Positions 38,466 to 50,954 of a DNA stretch of 64,000 bases are shown one piece after another. Every line of letters begins with the position of its first letter. Within the stretch, counting starts at the first letter, position 1. Under the pieces are notes generated by a model that saw nothing but the letters and a program-made list of their open reading frames with translations, had not been told where the DNA came from and ran no database searches. The position numbers and the translations under genes were made by a program. Source of the DNA: the human T2T-CHM13v2.0 reference genome, Homo sapiens; the NCBI RefSeq assembly GCF_009914755.1, contig NC_060932.1; one strand, written 5' to 3'.

Positions 38466-40189
38466 GATCCCTCCTTTTTCTATCTGTGCAAATTTCATCC
38501 TATTTAAGAGCAGGATGTCTTTTTAGAAACCTTATTCTGTAAATACCATCTATTTCTGTTTGGTATTGAGAAGTGCTCCATGAGCCAGTGCCTCAGTGTG
38601 GATAAATTGTTGTGACATATTATCCTTTGGCTATCACCCACAAGATACAGTAATTGGCTTTCAACAATTCATCTTAAGACTTCTATGTGGCACCTTCTCA
38701 CTTAGGTATCTCCCCAAGTGCTCCCACATTGTGCTCTCCTATTTGCAGAGCTCTTTCATCCCATGATGGCAGCATTTCATTTTCATGGTGGCTTGGTTTA
38801 CAGTGGTTTCACAGTTCAATCCCTAGAGGTCAGCCTTATTTTCTTAAATTACAAAGTATTGGTGAGACAGGGTGTGCTACTTACAACCCTCCACTCAGGA
38901 CCACCTAAAGCAAAGCTGAGATTCGGGGTAGGAAGACAATTTAGGACCTGGAGACCAGCTCTGGGGTTTCCCTGATGGATGACTCTTCAGCTGATGAGAC
39001 CCTGCAAAACATTAACTCCCTCATCTGAAAATAGACATCCTGCCTCCTTATATCCTCAGGATTATCAAATGAGATAAGATGAATTAAGCTTCAGCAAGCT
39101 CACTAGATGACCTCTAAGTTACTGTTCGCTGAGGTTCTAGCACAGGGGTTCCTTCTTAATGAAAATTAGGAGGTAGAATTAGAAGTTAAACATCCTCAAA
39201 TTCACCCTTGTGCTCTTTTGCCTGCATCTTTCTTCTTCACTAAATTTGCAGCCCCTGGAGGGCAGGGACTTCTGACAATTGTCAAACCTCCTCTCCTCCA
39301 CAGTGCCCCAGGCCATGCCATGCATTTAGAAAACCTGAGAGGGATAGAAGCTTTTCAGGGAAATAGAGTAAGACACAGGGCAACTGGTTACATTGAAAAG
39401 GAAATATTAGATATAAAAGAGTAACCTTAGTATAACTGGGTACTTTGGATTCACCATGTTCTGTGATTTGTCCCCTGTGTCCACCAGAGACAACCACCAC
39501 TGGCTTGGGAATGCCATCACTAGGTTTAAAACACATTCTGAAAATGACCAATCATTCATTAAAGAATGATTATTAATATGGCCATGAAAAATGCATGACT
39601 CATATTTAATAGCAAAACTAACTCTGTTGCTTTTGCCCACTGGTCCTGTTGCTGCCCACTGGAGACATTCAGGTAAGCTCTCACCTTCCCAGATACCAGG
39701 CCTCTGGGCTTTCGAAGTCAGTGACCGTGTCTCCCCACCATTTCTCTCCAGTCCAAACACCCCCATTTCTTCATTTGATCCTCAGGTAACTCTTTCTAGT
39801 CCTGTCACTATCCTGGACTCCCTTCCAGGGGGAAGTCATGTTTGTCTCTGTCAATCTAAGCACATCTTCTCTAGCAGCTTGTATCTAAGAAAAAAAATTC
39901 TGTTGCATAAATACATCCAGGGATTCTTGGTAGCCATGGCTTGCTCAGAACCATGGGGCAGTTGTATCTGAGCCTGGTGAGATTTTCTTAGTGTTCCTAA
40001 ACCCCAAGAGAGACACCGTGTTTCAGCTCTGATCTGACCCAAAGGTCCATATGAGACAGTCTACTTACAGCTAGACTGATCCCTGGCTTATACAGGGCTT
40101 GCACGAACTCTGCAGAGACAAAGACCCAGATCTCTTGCTTACATTGCAGCACTGAATGAAAAATCAGAGGGAGGGAGGGCATGATTGGA

Positions 40190-40283
40190 GGGAAAAGAAA
40201 AGAAGGAAGGAAGAAAGAAGAAAGGAAGGAAGGAAAGAACAAAGAAGGGAGGGAGGGAAAGATGGAGAAAGGGAGGAAAGAAA
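40190..40283. repeat. Purine-rich (GAAA/GGAA)n repeat
   Basis: gaaaagaaaagaaggaaggaagaaagaagaaaggaaggaaggaaag...; source of the K/R/E-rich ORFs. Confidence 0.9.
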
Positions 40284-40773
40284 TCCTATTTTTTTCTGGA
40301 GTGTCTTCCACATTTTAAAGGCTCGCAGGATGATTCTGAAGATGAAAGACCATCAGTCATTACAATATTCATTGCACAGGATTTTACTGGGTGTCTACAC
40401 TGTGCCAAGCACTGTGCTAGTCATCATGTACATCAACATTTTAGTTATCCATAGACATAAACAAATGGAGCTCCCACCCTAGGATCCGATATAGTACAGA
40501 AAATAGACAGGAAATAAAATTATGACAAAGGAAACAGTAACACACACTAGCAGCAATGAAGCAATTATATGATACCAAACTGTGCTGCTGTTGCTTTGCA
40601 GAGGACTTAATGGTCTTACCAGGAAATGAGTTTCCTCCATCCTCCCCACACTCAGTCAGCCATGGCCTCCCAGGTATTGACAGTGAAGCCAAGGACCAGT
40701 CTGGTTTGTAGTTATTAGGAAATGTCGCAAAGCTCGTGGTACTTGCAGCCATATCAGGCATAGGTGATGGATA

Positions 40774-40907
40774 CAAGATGAATATGCATTCTGGTTTACC
40801 CAGGACAGACATGGTTTACACCTGCTTTCCCAGTGTAATTCTTAATAGTATACTCTGTCACTCTCAAATGTGTCCCAACATGGATGGTAAATTATATGGT
40901 CACCCCA
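40774..40907 (+). mobile_element. MER94 hAT-Blackjack MITE
   Basis: ctggtttacccaggacag...tcactctcaaatgtgtcccaacatggatggtaaattatatggtcaccc matches MER94. Confidence 0.85.
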
Positions 40908-41599
40908 GTGATAAAATATAATCTCAATCCCAGCTTCCCTTCAAGAAGAAAACTTTCCCAAATTTTATACAGCCTAAATCACATTTTATATCCAACACTT
41001 TTCCTAATTTCCTACTTGTTCTGACCCTTTCCATCATTATTGCAAATGACATCCTATCATCAACAATGGAGGTAGTGGCTGATAGTGATTAGAAGCCAGG
41101 AGTGTTTAATTTTATTTTTTTATAGATTGTGTGCATAATTGCCCTTCTGTGGACACTTACCACCCTGCGATTTGGAGCCCCCAACAATCAGTGTCAGGTG
41201 TGTGTGACTTTGAAGGTGTGCCACACTTTGAAGCACCAAGGTCCTGCTTAGATTCATCCTTGTCTTCTAGAGTGAGTTCTCGCCCAGATGAAAAAAAAAA
41301 AAATGCCAGTATTAAATAATCCCCAGTGAGCAAATATGAGGAAACTCGGACTTTCTCAAGGGCCCCAATCACAAAGGGAGTCAGAAAAACATCCTAAGAC
41401 AAAGAAACATTCCAAATTAATAAGACAAAAAATCCTCAGACTGTGTCAGAAAATGTCACAATAAAAAGGGGACAAAGGGGAATGCAAGGTAAATTGGTGA
41501 AGTGGGTTTGAGACACCTAATTTCCTAAAGAAGAGCAGGATAGTATAGAGGTTTTAATCATTATAAAGATATATCCAAAGGGATAAAGAAGAAAAGGAA

Positions 41600-42114
41600 T
41601 TGCAGCAGCAAAGCCAACTATTTCTTCCCCATGTGTACCCATCTTGGATCATCCACTTCCCACAGTTCTGGGACCCCTGTTTGTATGGGCACTGGAAGCC
41701 ACTCCTAACTGGTCACACCTGGTTGGACCAAAGGTGGACGAGTGACCCCAGACAAATCAAGCCACCAACTACCGACTGGGTTGAGCTGATCCTTCCCTTT
41801 TGTACATGCATTCTCTCTCTCTCTCTCTCTTTTTCATCATAATTTGAGCTATGTGATACATCCACAAAGTTAGGCAGTATTAGATGCTTGCATTGTAAGA
41901 TCATGAGGAATCAGGGTGACAATTTCAACCTTCTGCTTCCTCAACCAAGAAAATCAGAGACAAGTCACTATGATGACCCCCCGTAATAGAAAGTTGCTCC
42001 TAGTTCCTTGTGAAACTTTCAGCCTGAGTGTGTGAGTTGAATATTTTTTAATTTGGGAGGGGGGTTGTTATTTATAGGTTTCTGTTTCTTACAACCAAGA
42101 AATCTCTAACAGAA
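41600..42114 (+). mobile_element. Ancient ERVL-class LTR (LTR33-like; subfamily uncertain)
   Basis: ggtcacacctggttggaccaaaggtggacgagtgacc... and a 3' terminus gtttctgtttcttacaaccaagaaatctctaacaga. Confidence 0.5.
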
Positions 42115-43079
42115 AGAGGAAGGCAGATCAAAGTAGGTTTGAAATGTCAAAAAGCTACAGTAAAGTTGCCCTATGCATTACTTTACCTCAATTCCACGGC
42201 GTTTTTCCTTTTTAAACTTCCCCAACAGACTCCAGAAAAATACTGACTCCTCCTCCTAGGGAGAAGATAGGACATCAACCAGTGAAAGGGAACCTGTCTT
42301 GGCAAAATGGTCCTTCTTGACAGTTCTTGAATCCAGGACAGCTTTTGAGGTCTGATCTCACTCAAGAAAGCATTCCGCTCCATGCAGTAGTGATGAAGGC
42401 GAGCAGGCGTGTGAAGATTGTAATTTTGGCCAGTGTGGGAGCAGACACAAAGACTGGGAACCGTAGGAAGCAGAAGACTTGTATGAAGCACAAAGAAATG
42501 AGGAGCTAGATTCAAGCACTGTTTTGAAGACTTTTATGTTTGCTGGCCGAGAATCATTATCAGTTACTTATTGAGGAAGGCAGAGAGCAGAACTCATTAT
42601 CTGTCCCATATATAAAGAGAAGAAACTGTGTATAGTTCTATTCCACAATGTAGGTTCAGTCTGTCTCCATACATTATTTATTTTCATAAATTCATGAGTT
42701 AAGAACCCCTCCAAGCTGTGACTAAGTGAAGGTATTGCTCTGTCTAGGTAGCTGGGTACAACCACTGCAGTCATTATTGTGGGACCCCCAGGGAGAAGGC
42801 TGAGCTCCTTACCGTGGACAGCCTTGGTTGAGCTATTTATGTGGTTGACCATCCAGAAGGGAGGTAGAAACCAAACACAGAGTTCCTTTCCTTTTACTAA
42901 ACCACAATGGCAAACGTGTAGATGGAAATTCGTAACTCAATCTGCCCTCCCTTTTTCCACAGAATACAACAGACATACGTGGCTATCTTGGTTTTTGTTG
43001 TCTTTTAAGCAAAATTACATTGAATGACTGATCAGGTTTCTGGTTGGTTGTCTTGGTGTTGGCCTACAAATCCTTTGTG

Positions 43080-43300
43080 GCAGGTGGCAAACCACACACA
43101 TGAGAGCATGGGCTCTGGAGCCAGAACATCTTGGTTAACTCTAAGCTCTAGTGCTTACTAACCACCTTTCCTAGAGTCACTTGAGTTCTCTGGGCCTGTC
43201 CCCACATCTGTGAAATGGGACATTATAACTACCTCATGTAGGTTATCATGAAGGTTCATTAAGTTAAATATGCAAAGCTTTTAGAACGAGTCATAGCAAA
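43080..43300 (+). mobile_element. MIR SINE
   Basis: gagagcatgggctctggagccaga...cacatctgtgaaatggg...ctacctcatgtaggtt...tgcaaagcttttagaac. Confidence 0.85.
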
Positions 43301-43669
43301 TCTGTCCAGATGTGGAATGCTGGCCTCCTTGATTTTCAAAGAATGCAGAAGACCTCATATGCCCAAAGCATTTATGTGTCTGTGAGTTTTACCAAAGATC
43401 TAGGGACTTAGAGCAAATACAGGTGAGTGTTACTGTAGAGCCCAGTGATCCTAGGAGTGCTTTGTCCTGTTCACTGGCCTCCTGAGGGCCCCAGCTTCAT
43501 TTCACCTCAGGACTCTTTCTCTTTCCACCTCTTTATGTACAATACTGACAGCAAGGCTGAAGGGACCTGCCCCTGGCCAGGGGACATCTTTCTGCTTTCA
43601 GGGGGAAGCCATGGATATTTCTGTGATGCTGGGGAGATACAGGATGGACTCTCCTCTGTCCTTCCTCAG

Positions 43670-44216
43670 GATGATTGCCAGAAAAAATACAGGACTCCCA
43701 GTGTATTAGTCTGTTCTCACACTGCTAATAAAGACATACTCAAGACTGGGTAATTTATAAAGGAAAGAGATTTAATGGACTCCCAGTTCCACATGGTGGG
43801 GGAGGCCTCACAATCATGGTGGAAGGCAAATCAGGAGGAAAGTCACATCTTACATGGCAGCAGGCAAGAGAGTGTGTGCAGGGGAATTGCCCTTTTATAA
43901 AACCATCAGATCTTGTGAGACTTACTCACTATCACCAGAACAGCACAGGAAAGACCCACCCCCATGATTCAGTTACATCCCACCGGGTCTCTCCCACAAT
44001 ATGTGGGCATTATGGGAGCTACAATTCAAGATGAGATTTAGGTGAGGACACAGCCTAGCCATATTACCCAGTTAATCTGAATTTCTTTACATTTTAGTAT
44101 AAGCTTGTCCCAAATATTGCATGGGGCATACTTACACTAATTTTTTTTTTTACTTCATTAAAATTAAAATTTAATGAAAACTCCTGTCTTTTTATTTGAC
44201 AAATCTGGCAACCTTA
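43670..44216. mobile_element. MER53 hAT MITE split by a THE1 LTR
   Basis: ttgccagaaaaaatacaggactcccag | ttaatctgaatttc...tttagtataag...tcccaaatattgcatgggg...aaatctggcaacctta. Confidence 0.85.
43702..44066 (-). mobile_element. THE1C (or THE1B) solo LTR
   Basis: tgtattagtctgttctcacactgctaataaagacata...ggacacagcctagccatatta; perfect 5-bp TSD CCCAG (43697-43701 / 44067-44071). Confidence 0.93.
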
Positions 44217-46291
44217 TCTCCCAGGTCCTTCTATTTTGCTCTTATCATGTCATTTGTTTATTGCCTCTTTATGTCTCCGTCTCCCCAGTCTCATGAGGGC
44301 AGTGATGGCATCTTTTCATTTTCACATTCTCAGCATCTATACAGTTTTCATCACTTAGTAGATTCTGAGTATGTGTTTGCTGGAGAAATGATACAAGAAG
44401 CATCATTTATTATTCTCTGTTTTGCACTCCACCTCAGGTACACATACTCACAGACACATCAACAGCTTTCCAAGCACGTGGGTTTTATTTCATTTGTTGA
44501 TCAACCTGCAGTGTTTCAATGCGAAGAACTCTCTGTACCTCCCCTCCATGGTCTCATGTCATCTCAGCGTCTCAGCAAGGTCTTGAAATCGTGAAAGGTC
44601 AGAGCTCTCCAATCTGTAGTGATTTGGGTCACCATTTCCTTGAGACTTCCTTCGCCTCTTCTTTGATTAAAGCTGTGTTTGCCTCGTCGTCTCCTGCTTT
44701 TTTAGCAATTACACTAATTAAGCTAATTTTTCTTTGTTCTCTCTTGCAATTTGCATAAATGGCAAATTTATATATAGTGCCCTTAATTCTTCTATAACTG
44801 CTCTGTAATTAACAGGATGCTCAGGCTAAATATAAATAAGTGCAGAAGGAAAAACAGCCTTCTGCTAAAATGCTGATAAAGGCTGGGAGAAAAGAAAGGC
44901 AGAAGAAAGAAAACAATTTTAAGCTCTGTTCCTAACCCATTATGCCTGATTGAGACACAGTTGGAGGACGCTAGCTAAAGGTCAGCCACTGCATAGGTAT
45001 CTCCAAGTGCCCTGTCTCTGGAGCAATTTCAGGACAGAATTTGGGCCATTTGCTTGCAATTATAATAACATACAATTTCTCACGGGGGTGGAGCAGTGTG
45101 GTATGGCAGTCAGTGGGGTTGGGTGTAATGCCTAGTTCTACTTCTTACCAGCTGGGTCACCTTGAGCTGAGGAATCACAAAGCCAAACACCTGAACTTCA
45201 GGTGCTTTCCTGTCACCACACAGTAGAACACGCAGTAGCCCTGTTATCCCACTATTTCTCAGATGTGAAAATATACAGTGATGGAGATGTGCTTCAAAAA
45301 CAGTACTAAATCAAGGCATTCATCTACAAATGTGAATTAAAGTAACGACACGTAGCTATACATTAGTCCTTTGTTAATTCGTTTAGGGTAGTGATTACAA
45401 AGGTGGCCTTTGCCCCAAACTATGAGAATCCCAGAAGAGAACTTAGGAAACACCATTCTGGACATAGGCTTTGGGAAATAATTTATGACTAAATTCTCAA
45501 AACGAATTGCAACAAAAAATTTGACAAGTGGGACCTCATTAAACTAATTAAACAAGAGTTTAATATTCTAATATTCCGAATCTATAAGGGACTTAAACAA
45601 TGGAACAAGCAAAAACCAAACACTTCCATTTAAAAAATGGGCAAAAGGCATGAACAGACACTTCTCAAAAGAAGACATGCAAGCAGCCAACAAACATGAA
45701 AAAATGCTCATCACTAATCATCAGAGAAATGCAAATTAAAACCACAATGATGTTGTCAAGGCTGAAGAGAAAAGGGAATGCTTACACACTGTTGGTGGGA
45801 ATGCAAATAAGTTCAGCCACTGTGGAAAGCAGTTTGGAGATTCCTCAAAGCACCTAAAATAGAACTACCATTTGACCCAGCAATCCCATCACTGGATATA
45901 TATCCAAAAGAAAACAAATAATTCTACCGAAAAGACTTACATATTCATTGCAGCACTATTCACAATAGCAAAGTCATGGAATCAGCCTAGGTGCTCATTA
46001 ATAATGAATTGGATAAAGAACATGTGGTACATATACGCCACAGAATACATACTATGCAGTCATAATAAAGAATGAAATCATGTCCTTTGCAGCAACATGA
46101 TGCAGCTGGAGGTCATTATCCTAAATGAACTAATGCAGGAACAGAAAACCAAATACCACCTGTTCTTACTTACAAGTGGGAGCTAAACATCAGGTACTCG
46201 TGGACATAAAAATAGCAACAATAGACACTAGGGACTACTGGAGTGGGGAGGGCAGGAGAGGGGCAAGAATGGAAAAACTAACTGTTGGGTA

Positions 46292-46663
46292 TAATACGGT
46301 TTGGTTTTGAGTTCTCACTCAAATCTCATGTCAAATTGGAGGAGAGGCCTGGCGGGAGGTGATTGGATCATGGGGGTGGATTTCCCCTTTGTCATTCTCA
46401 TGGTAGTGAGTGAGTTCTCATGCCATGTGATGGTATAAAAGTGTGTGAAACTTCCTCCTTTGCTCTCTCTCTCTCTTCTGCCACCATGTGAAAAAGGTCC
46501 TTGCTTCCTCTTTACCTTCCACCATGATTGTAAGTTTTCTGAGGCTTCCCAGTCATGTTTCCTGTTAAGCATGTGGAACTGTGAGTCAATTAAATCTCTT
46601 TTCTTCATAAATTACTCAGTATCAGGTAGTTTTTTCATAGCAGTGTGAAAATGGGCTAATACA
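46292..46663 (+). mobile_element. 5' LTR of THE1D/MSTA-type MaLR provirus
   Basis: Ends ggtagttttttcatagcagtgtgaaaatgggctaataca, immediately followed by the internal-region start gaaaattggtac. Confidence 0.9.
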
Positions 46664-48249
46664 GAAAATTGGTACTTCAAGTGGGGCACTGCTATAAAGA
46701 CACCTGAAAATGTAGAAGTGAATTAGGAACTGGTTAATGAGCAGAGGTTGGAAGAGTTGGAAGGGCTCAGAAGAAGACAGGAAGATGAGGGAAAGTTTGG
46801 AACTTCCTAGAGACTTGTTGGATGGTTTTGACCAAAATGCTGATGGTGACATGGACAATGAAGTTCAGGCTGAGGTGGTCTCAGATGGAGATGAGGAACT
46901 TATTGGGAACTGGAGCAAAGGTCACTCTTGCTATGCTTTCACCAAGAGTCTGGCTGCATTGTGCCCCTGGTCTAGGGATCTGTGGAACTATGACATTGAG
47001 AGAGATAATTTAGCGTATCTAGCAGAAAAAAATTTATAAGCAGCAAAGCATTCATGATGTGGCCTGGCTGCTCCCAACAGTGTATAGTCATATGTGTTCA
47101 CAAAGAGATGGTCTAAAATTGGAACTTATGTTTAAAAGGGAAGCAGAGCATAAAAGTTTGGAAAATTTGCAGCCTGACCACATGGCAGAAAAGAAAAATC
47201 CATTTTCAGGGAATAAATTCAAGCTGGCTGCAGAAGTTTATGTAAGTAAAGAGGAGCTGAATGTTAATAGCCAAGACAATGGGAAAAAAGTCTCCAGGGT
47301 ATGTAAGAGACCTTCGTGACAGGACTGGAGGTCTGGGAGGGAATAATGGTTTTGTTGGTGAGACCCAGGGCCCAGCTTCTCTGTGCAGCCTCAGGACATG
47401 GAGCTGCTCCACTTCCAGCTGTGGCTAAAGGGTGCCAAGGTACAGCTCAGGTCTTTGCTTCAGAGGGTGCAAGCCCCAAGCCTTGCCAGTTTCCACATGG
47501 TGTTGGGCCTGCGGGTGCATAGAAGGTAAGAGATAAAATTTGAGCCTTTGCCTAAATTTCAGAGCATGTATGAAAATGCCTGGGTGTCCAGGCAGAAGTC
47601 TGCTGCAGAGGCAGAGCCCTTATGGAGAACCTCTACTAGGGCAGTTCAGAGGGGAAGTAGGGTTGGAGACCCCAGAGAGTCCCCACTGTGACACTGCCTA
47701 GTGGAGCTGTGAAAAGAGGGCCACCATCCTCCAGACTCAGAATGACAGATCCACTAACAGCTTGCACCATGCACCTGGAAAAGCTGCAGGTGCTCAATGC
47801 CAGCCTGTGAAAGCAGCCATGGGAGGTATACCCTGCAGGATGGCCACAGGGACTGAGCTGCCCAAGGTCTTGGGAGCCCATCTCTTCTATTAGCGTGCCC
47901 TGGATGTGAGACATGGAGTCAAAGGAGATTAGTTTGGAGCATTAAGATTTAATGACTGCCCTGCTGAGTTTCAGAGTTGCATGGAGCCTGTAGCCTCTTT
48001 GTTTTGGCTAATTTCTCCCATTTGGATTGGGAGCATTTACCCAAAGCTTATACCCTCATTGTATCTTGGAACTAACTAACTTGCTTTTGATTCCACAGGC
48101 TCATAGGTGGAAGGGACTTACTTCGTCTCATATGAGACTTTGGATTGTGGACTTTTGAGTTAATGCTGAAATGAGTTCAGATTGGGGAACTGTTGAGAAG
48201 GAATAATGTGTGAGAAGGGCATGATATTTGGGAGTTGCCAGGGGTGGAA
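46664..48249 (+). mobile_element. MaLR internal region (THE1/MST-int) with decayed ORF remnants
   Basis: About 1.6 kb. ORF fragments 46737-47039 (GSEEDRKMRESLELPRDLL..GFDQNAD.DMDNEVQAEVVSDGDEELIGNWSKG) and 47059-47319 match the known MaLR internal ORF. A purine tract ggggtggaa precedes the 3' LTR. Confidence 0.93.
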
Positions 48250-48609
48250 TGATATAGTTTAGATTTGAGTGTCCCAAATCTCATATCAAATTGTAGGAGG
48301 GGCCTGGTGGGAGGTGGTTGAATACTGGGGGTGGATTTCCCCCTTGCTGTTCCTGTGTTAATGAGTTCTCATGAGTTATGATGGTTTCAAAGTGTGTGGC
48401 ACTTCCCCCTTCACGCTCTTCTTTCTGCCACCATGTGAGGAAGGTACTTGCTTCCCTTTTGCCTTCTGCCATGATTGTTAAGTTTCCTGAGGCCTCCCAG
48501 TCATGCTTCCTGTTAAGCCTGTGGAACTGTGAGCCAATTAAACCTCTTTTCTTCAAAGTTACACAGTCTTAGGTAGTTCTTTACAGTAGTGTGAATATAA
48601 ACTAATGTA
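48250..48609 (+). mobile_element. 3' LTR of THE1D/MSTA-type MaLR provirus
   Basis: tgatatagtttag...catgcttcctgttaagcctgtggaactgtgagccaattaaacctc...aactaatgta; colinear with the 5' LTR. Confidence 0.9.
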
Positions 48610-49230
48610 AGTGCTATGCTCAGTACCTGGGTGAAGGAATCATTTATACCCCAAACCTCAGCATCATGCAATATATTCAGGTAACAAACCTGTATATATA
48701 CTTCCTTAATCTAGAATAAAAGTTGAAAAAAAATGGTCTTTGGATCTTGGTCTTCATTCTACCTCTGGCTCTGTGACCTTGGGAAAATTGCTTAATGTGT
48801 CAAAACTCAAGTTCCCTTTTCTGTAGAGTGGGATACAACAGCCTCATGAGGTTGTTTGTAAGACTAAAGAAATATCATTAAAACACTTAGCATGGTGCCT
48901 GACAACTAGGAAGTTCTCAACACAATTTAACTTTCATGCTTGTCAAGTCACATAATTCAGTCCTCACTGGTTTTAGGTGAACAGATCACATTGAGTTTCA
49001 TATAAGTATATGGGATCCAGACCTAGAACCTTGGGTGGTTCAACCAACAAACTCCAGAAAGACCTGTCCAAGGAGAGACTCATATTTCCCCCAGTCTTGG
49101 AGTTGTGATCATAATCATTGTTAACAACAACATCTATGCTTCATTTGTCTTTATTCCCAGAAAAGTCTATGGAGAGTCAACTCTGTGCCAGGTACTGTCC
49201 CAAACACTGGGCACACAGAGATGAATGAGA

Positions 49231-49615
<385 letters not shown>

Positions 49616-50104
49616 TCAGGGAAGGTGGGGCCTCTCCACATGGATCAGTGGCTTCCAAACAAGATTGTGTTTGCATCATGCACAGGTGGTCCATTTCAGT
49701 GTGAGAAGATTGCTTACAGTTTCTGTTCTCTCATTTTTTATATGTGCCATTTAAAACTTATGTTTTGATGTATATTTTATATTATGCATTATGTAATGCA
49801 TATACACAGGAGTTCATGTTCACAAAATTTTTACTGACAGTGGAGTGATATCAAAGGATACAAAGAAGGATTGGCAAAGAGAAGATCAAAGAAATGGGAG
49901 TTAAATGAGGAAGGTTTATCTGAAGAGAAACTTGGAAGCTGTAAGCTCCATGAAGGCAGGGACTATTTGTCTCTTGTTCTTTCAAGTCCCCAGGTTGTAG
50001 AAGGATGTCTGGTGCATAAGAAACACTCAGTATCTACTTAATGAGTGACCAAGATGTGATGAAAGTGCAGGAGGGGAGATGAGAAGCCTCCTGAAATGTT
50101 CATG

Positions 50105-50492
50105 TGTTATGGCCTGAATGTGTCCCCCCCAAAATTCCTGTGTTAAAGTCTTAACCCCCAATGTGATAGCATTTGGAGATGGGACCTTTGGGTGGTAATT
50201 AGGTTTACATAGGGTCAAGAAGGTGGGCCCCCATGATAGGATTAGTGTCTTTATAAGAAGAGGAAGGGACATCTCTCTCTCTCCCCCAAGTCTTGAAACA
50301 AGGATAGCCACGTGGGCATGTTACAGTAAGACAGCCATCTGCAAGCCAGGAAGAGAGGCCTCACTAGTGCCCGACCATGCTGGCACCCTGATCTTATACT
50401 TCCTTCCTCCAAAACTGGGAGAAATAAATGCCTATTGTTTCAGCCACCCGGTCTACGGTATTTTGCTATGGCAGCATGGGCTAACTAAAACA
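50105..50492 (+). mobile_element. MLT1A/MLT1A0 solo LTR
   Basis: tgttatggcctgaatgtgtcccccc...catttggagatggg...gccatctgcaagccaggaagagaggcctcac...gctggcaccctgatct...ctaactaaaaca. Confidence 0.88.
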
Positions 50493-50954
50493 CCACACTT
50501 ACATGACCTTGAAGTGGCTGTGAACTGAATGAATTCTTAGATCAGGGAAGGAGGAAGCATGTTTCAGAATCAGGGAAGGGCAGGGGCTAAAGTACATAGG
50601 CTGGAGATAGCAATGTGCTCAGGGGACCACAGCAGCTTGCCATTAAGTGGGAGATGCCTGTGAGGCTGAAGGACAGACAAGAAGACAGAGTCAGGTGCTG
50701 GAGGACTCCTAGGCAGGGTGAGGAGCTTGGACTTCACACTGAGGAAAATGAAATCACTACAAGGCACACACAGGGAGCAGCATGCGTGCCTTTTGGCTGG
50801 ACACTGTCTAGCAGAAGTGGAGAAGGGAACACCTTCACACTAGCAAACGGCTTTTGGATCCAGAATCTCACTGAAACTAGTTTAATTTCCTCCAAATGTA
50901 TGATTGGTGGTTGGCTGAGACATCCAATTGTTGTTCAACATGCAGGAAGGTAAC

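Larger units (their letters stand above)
45413..48733 (+). mobile_element. 5'-truncated L1PA16-like LINE-1 (ORF2 end, 3'UTR, poly-A), interrupted by a MaLR provirus
   Basis: aatgggcaaaaggcatgaacagacacttctcaaaagaagacat, gatgcagctggaggtcattatcctaa, and aaaactaactgttgggta|ctatgctcagtacctgggtga...aataaaagttgaaaaaaaa. Degenerate TSD aaaggtggcctttg / aaaaatggtctttg; host element is a MIR. Confidence 0.92.

Noticed and set aside
46737-47522. MaLR internal ORF pieces as a possible domesticated gene
   Set aside because: The ORF is broken by stops and frameshifts into fragments of 100 aa or less, as expected for a neutrally decaying element.
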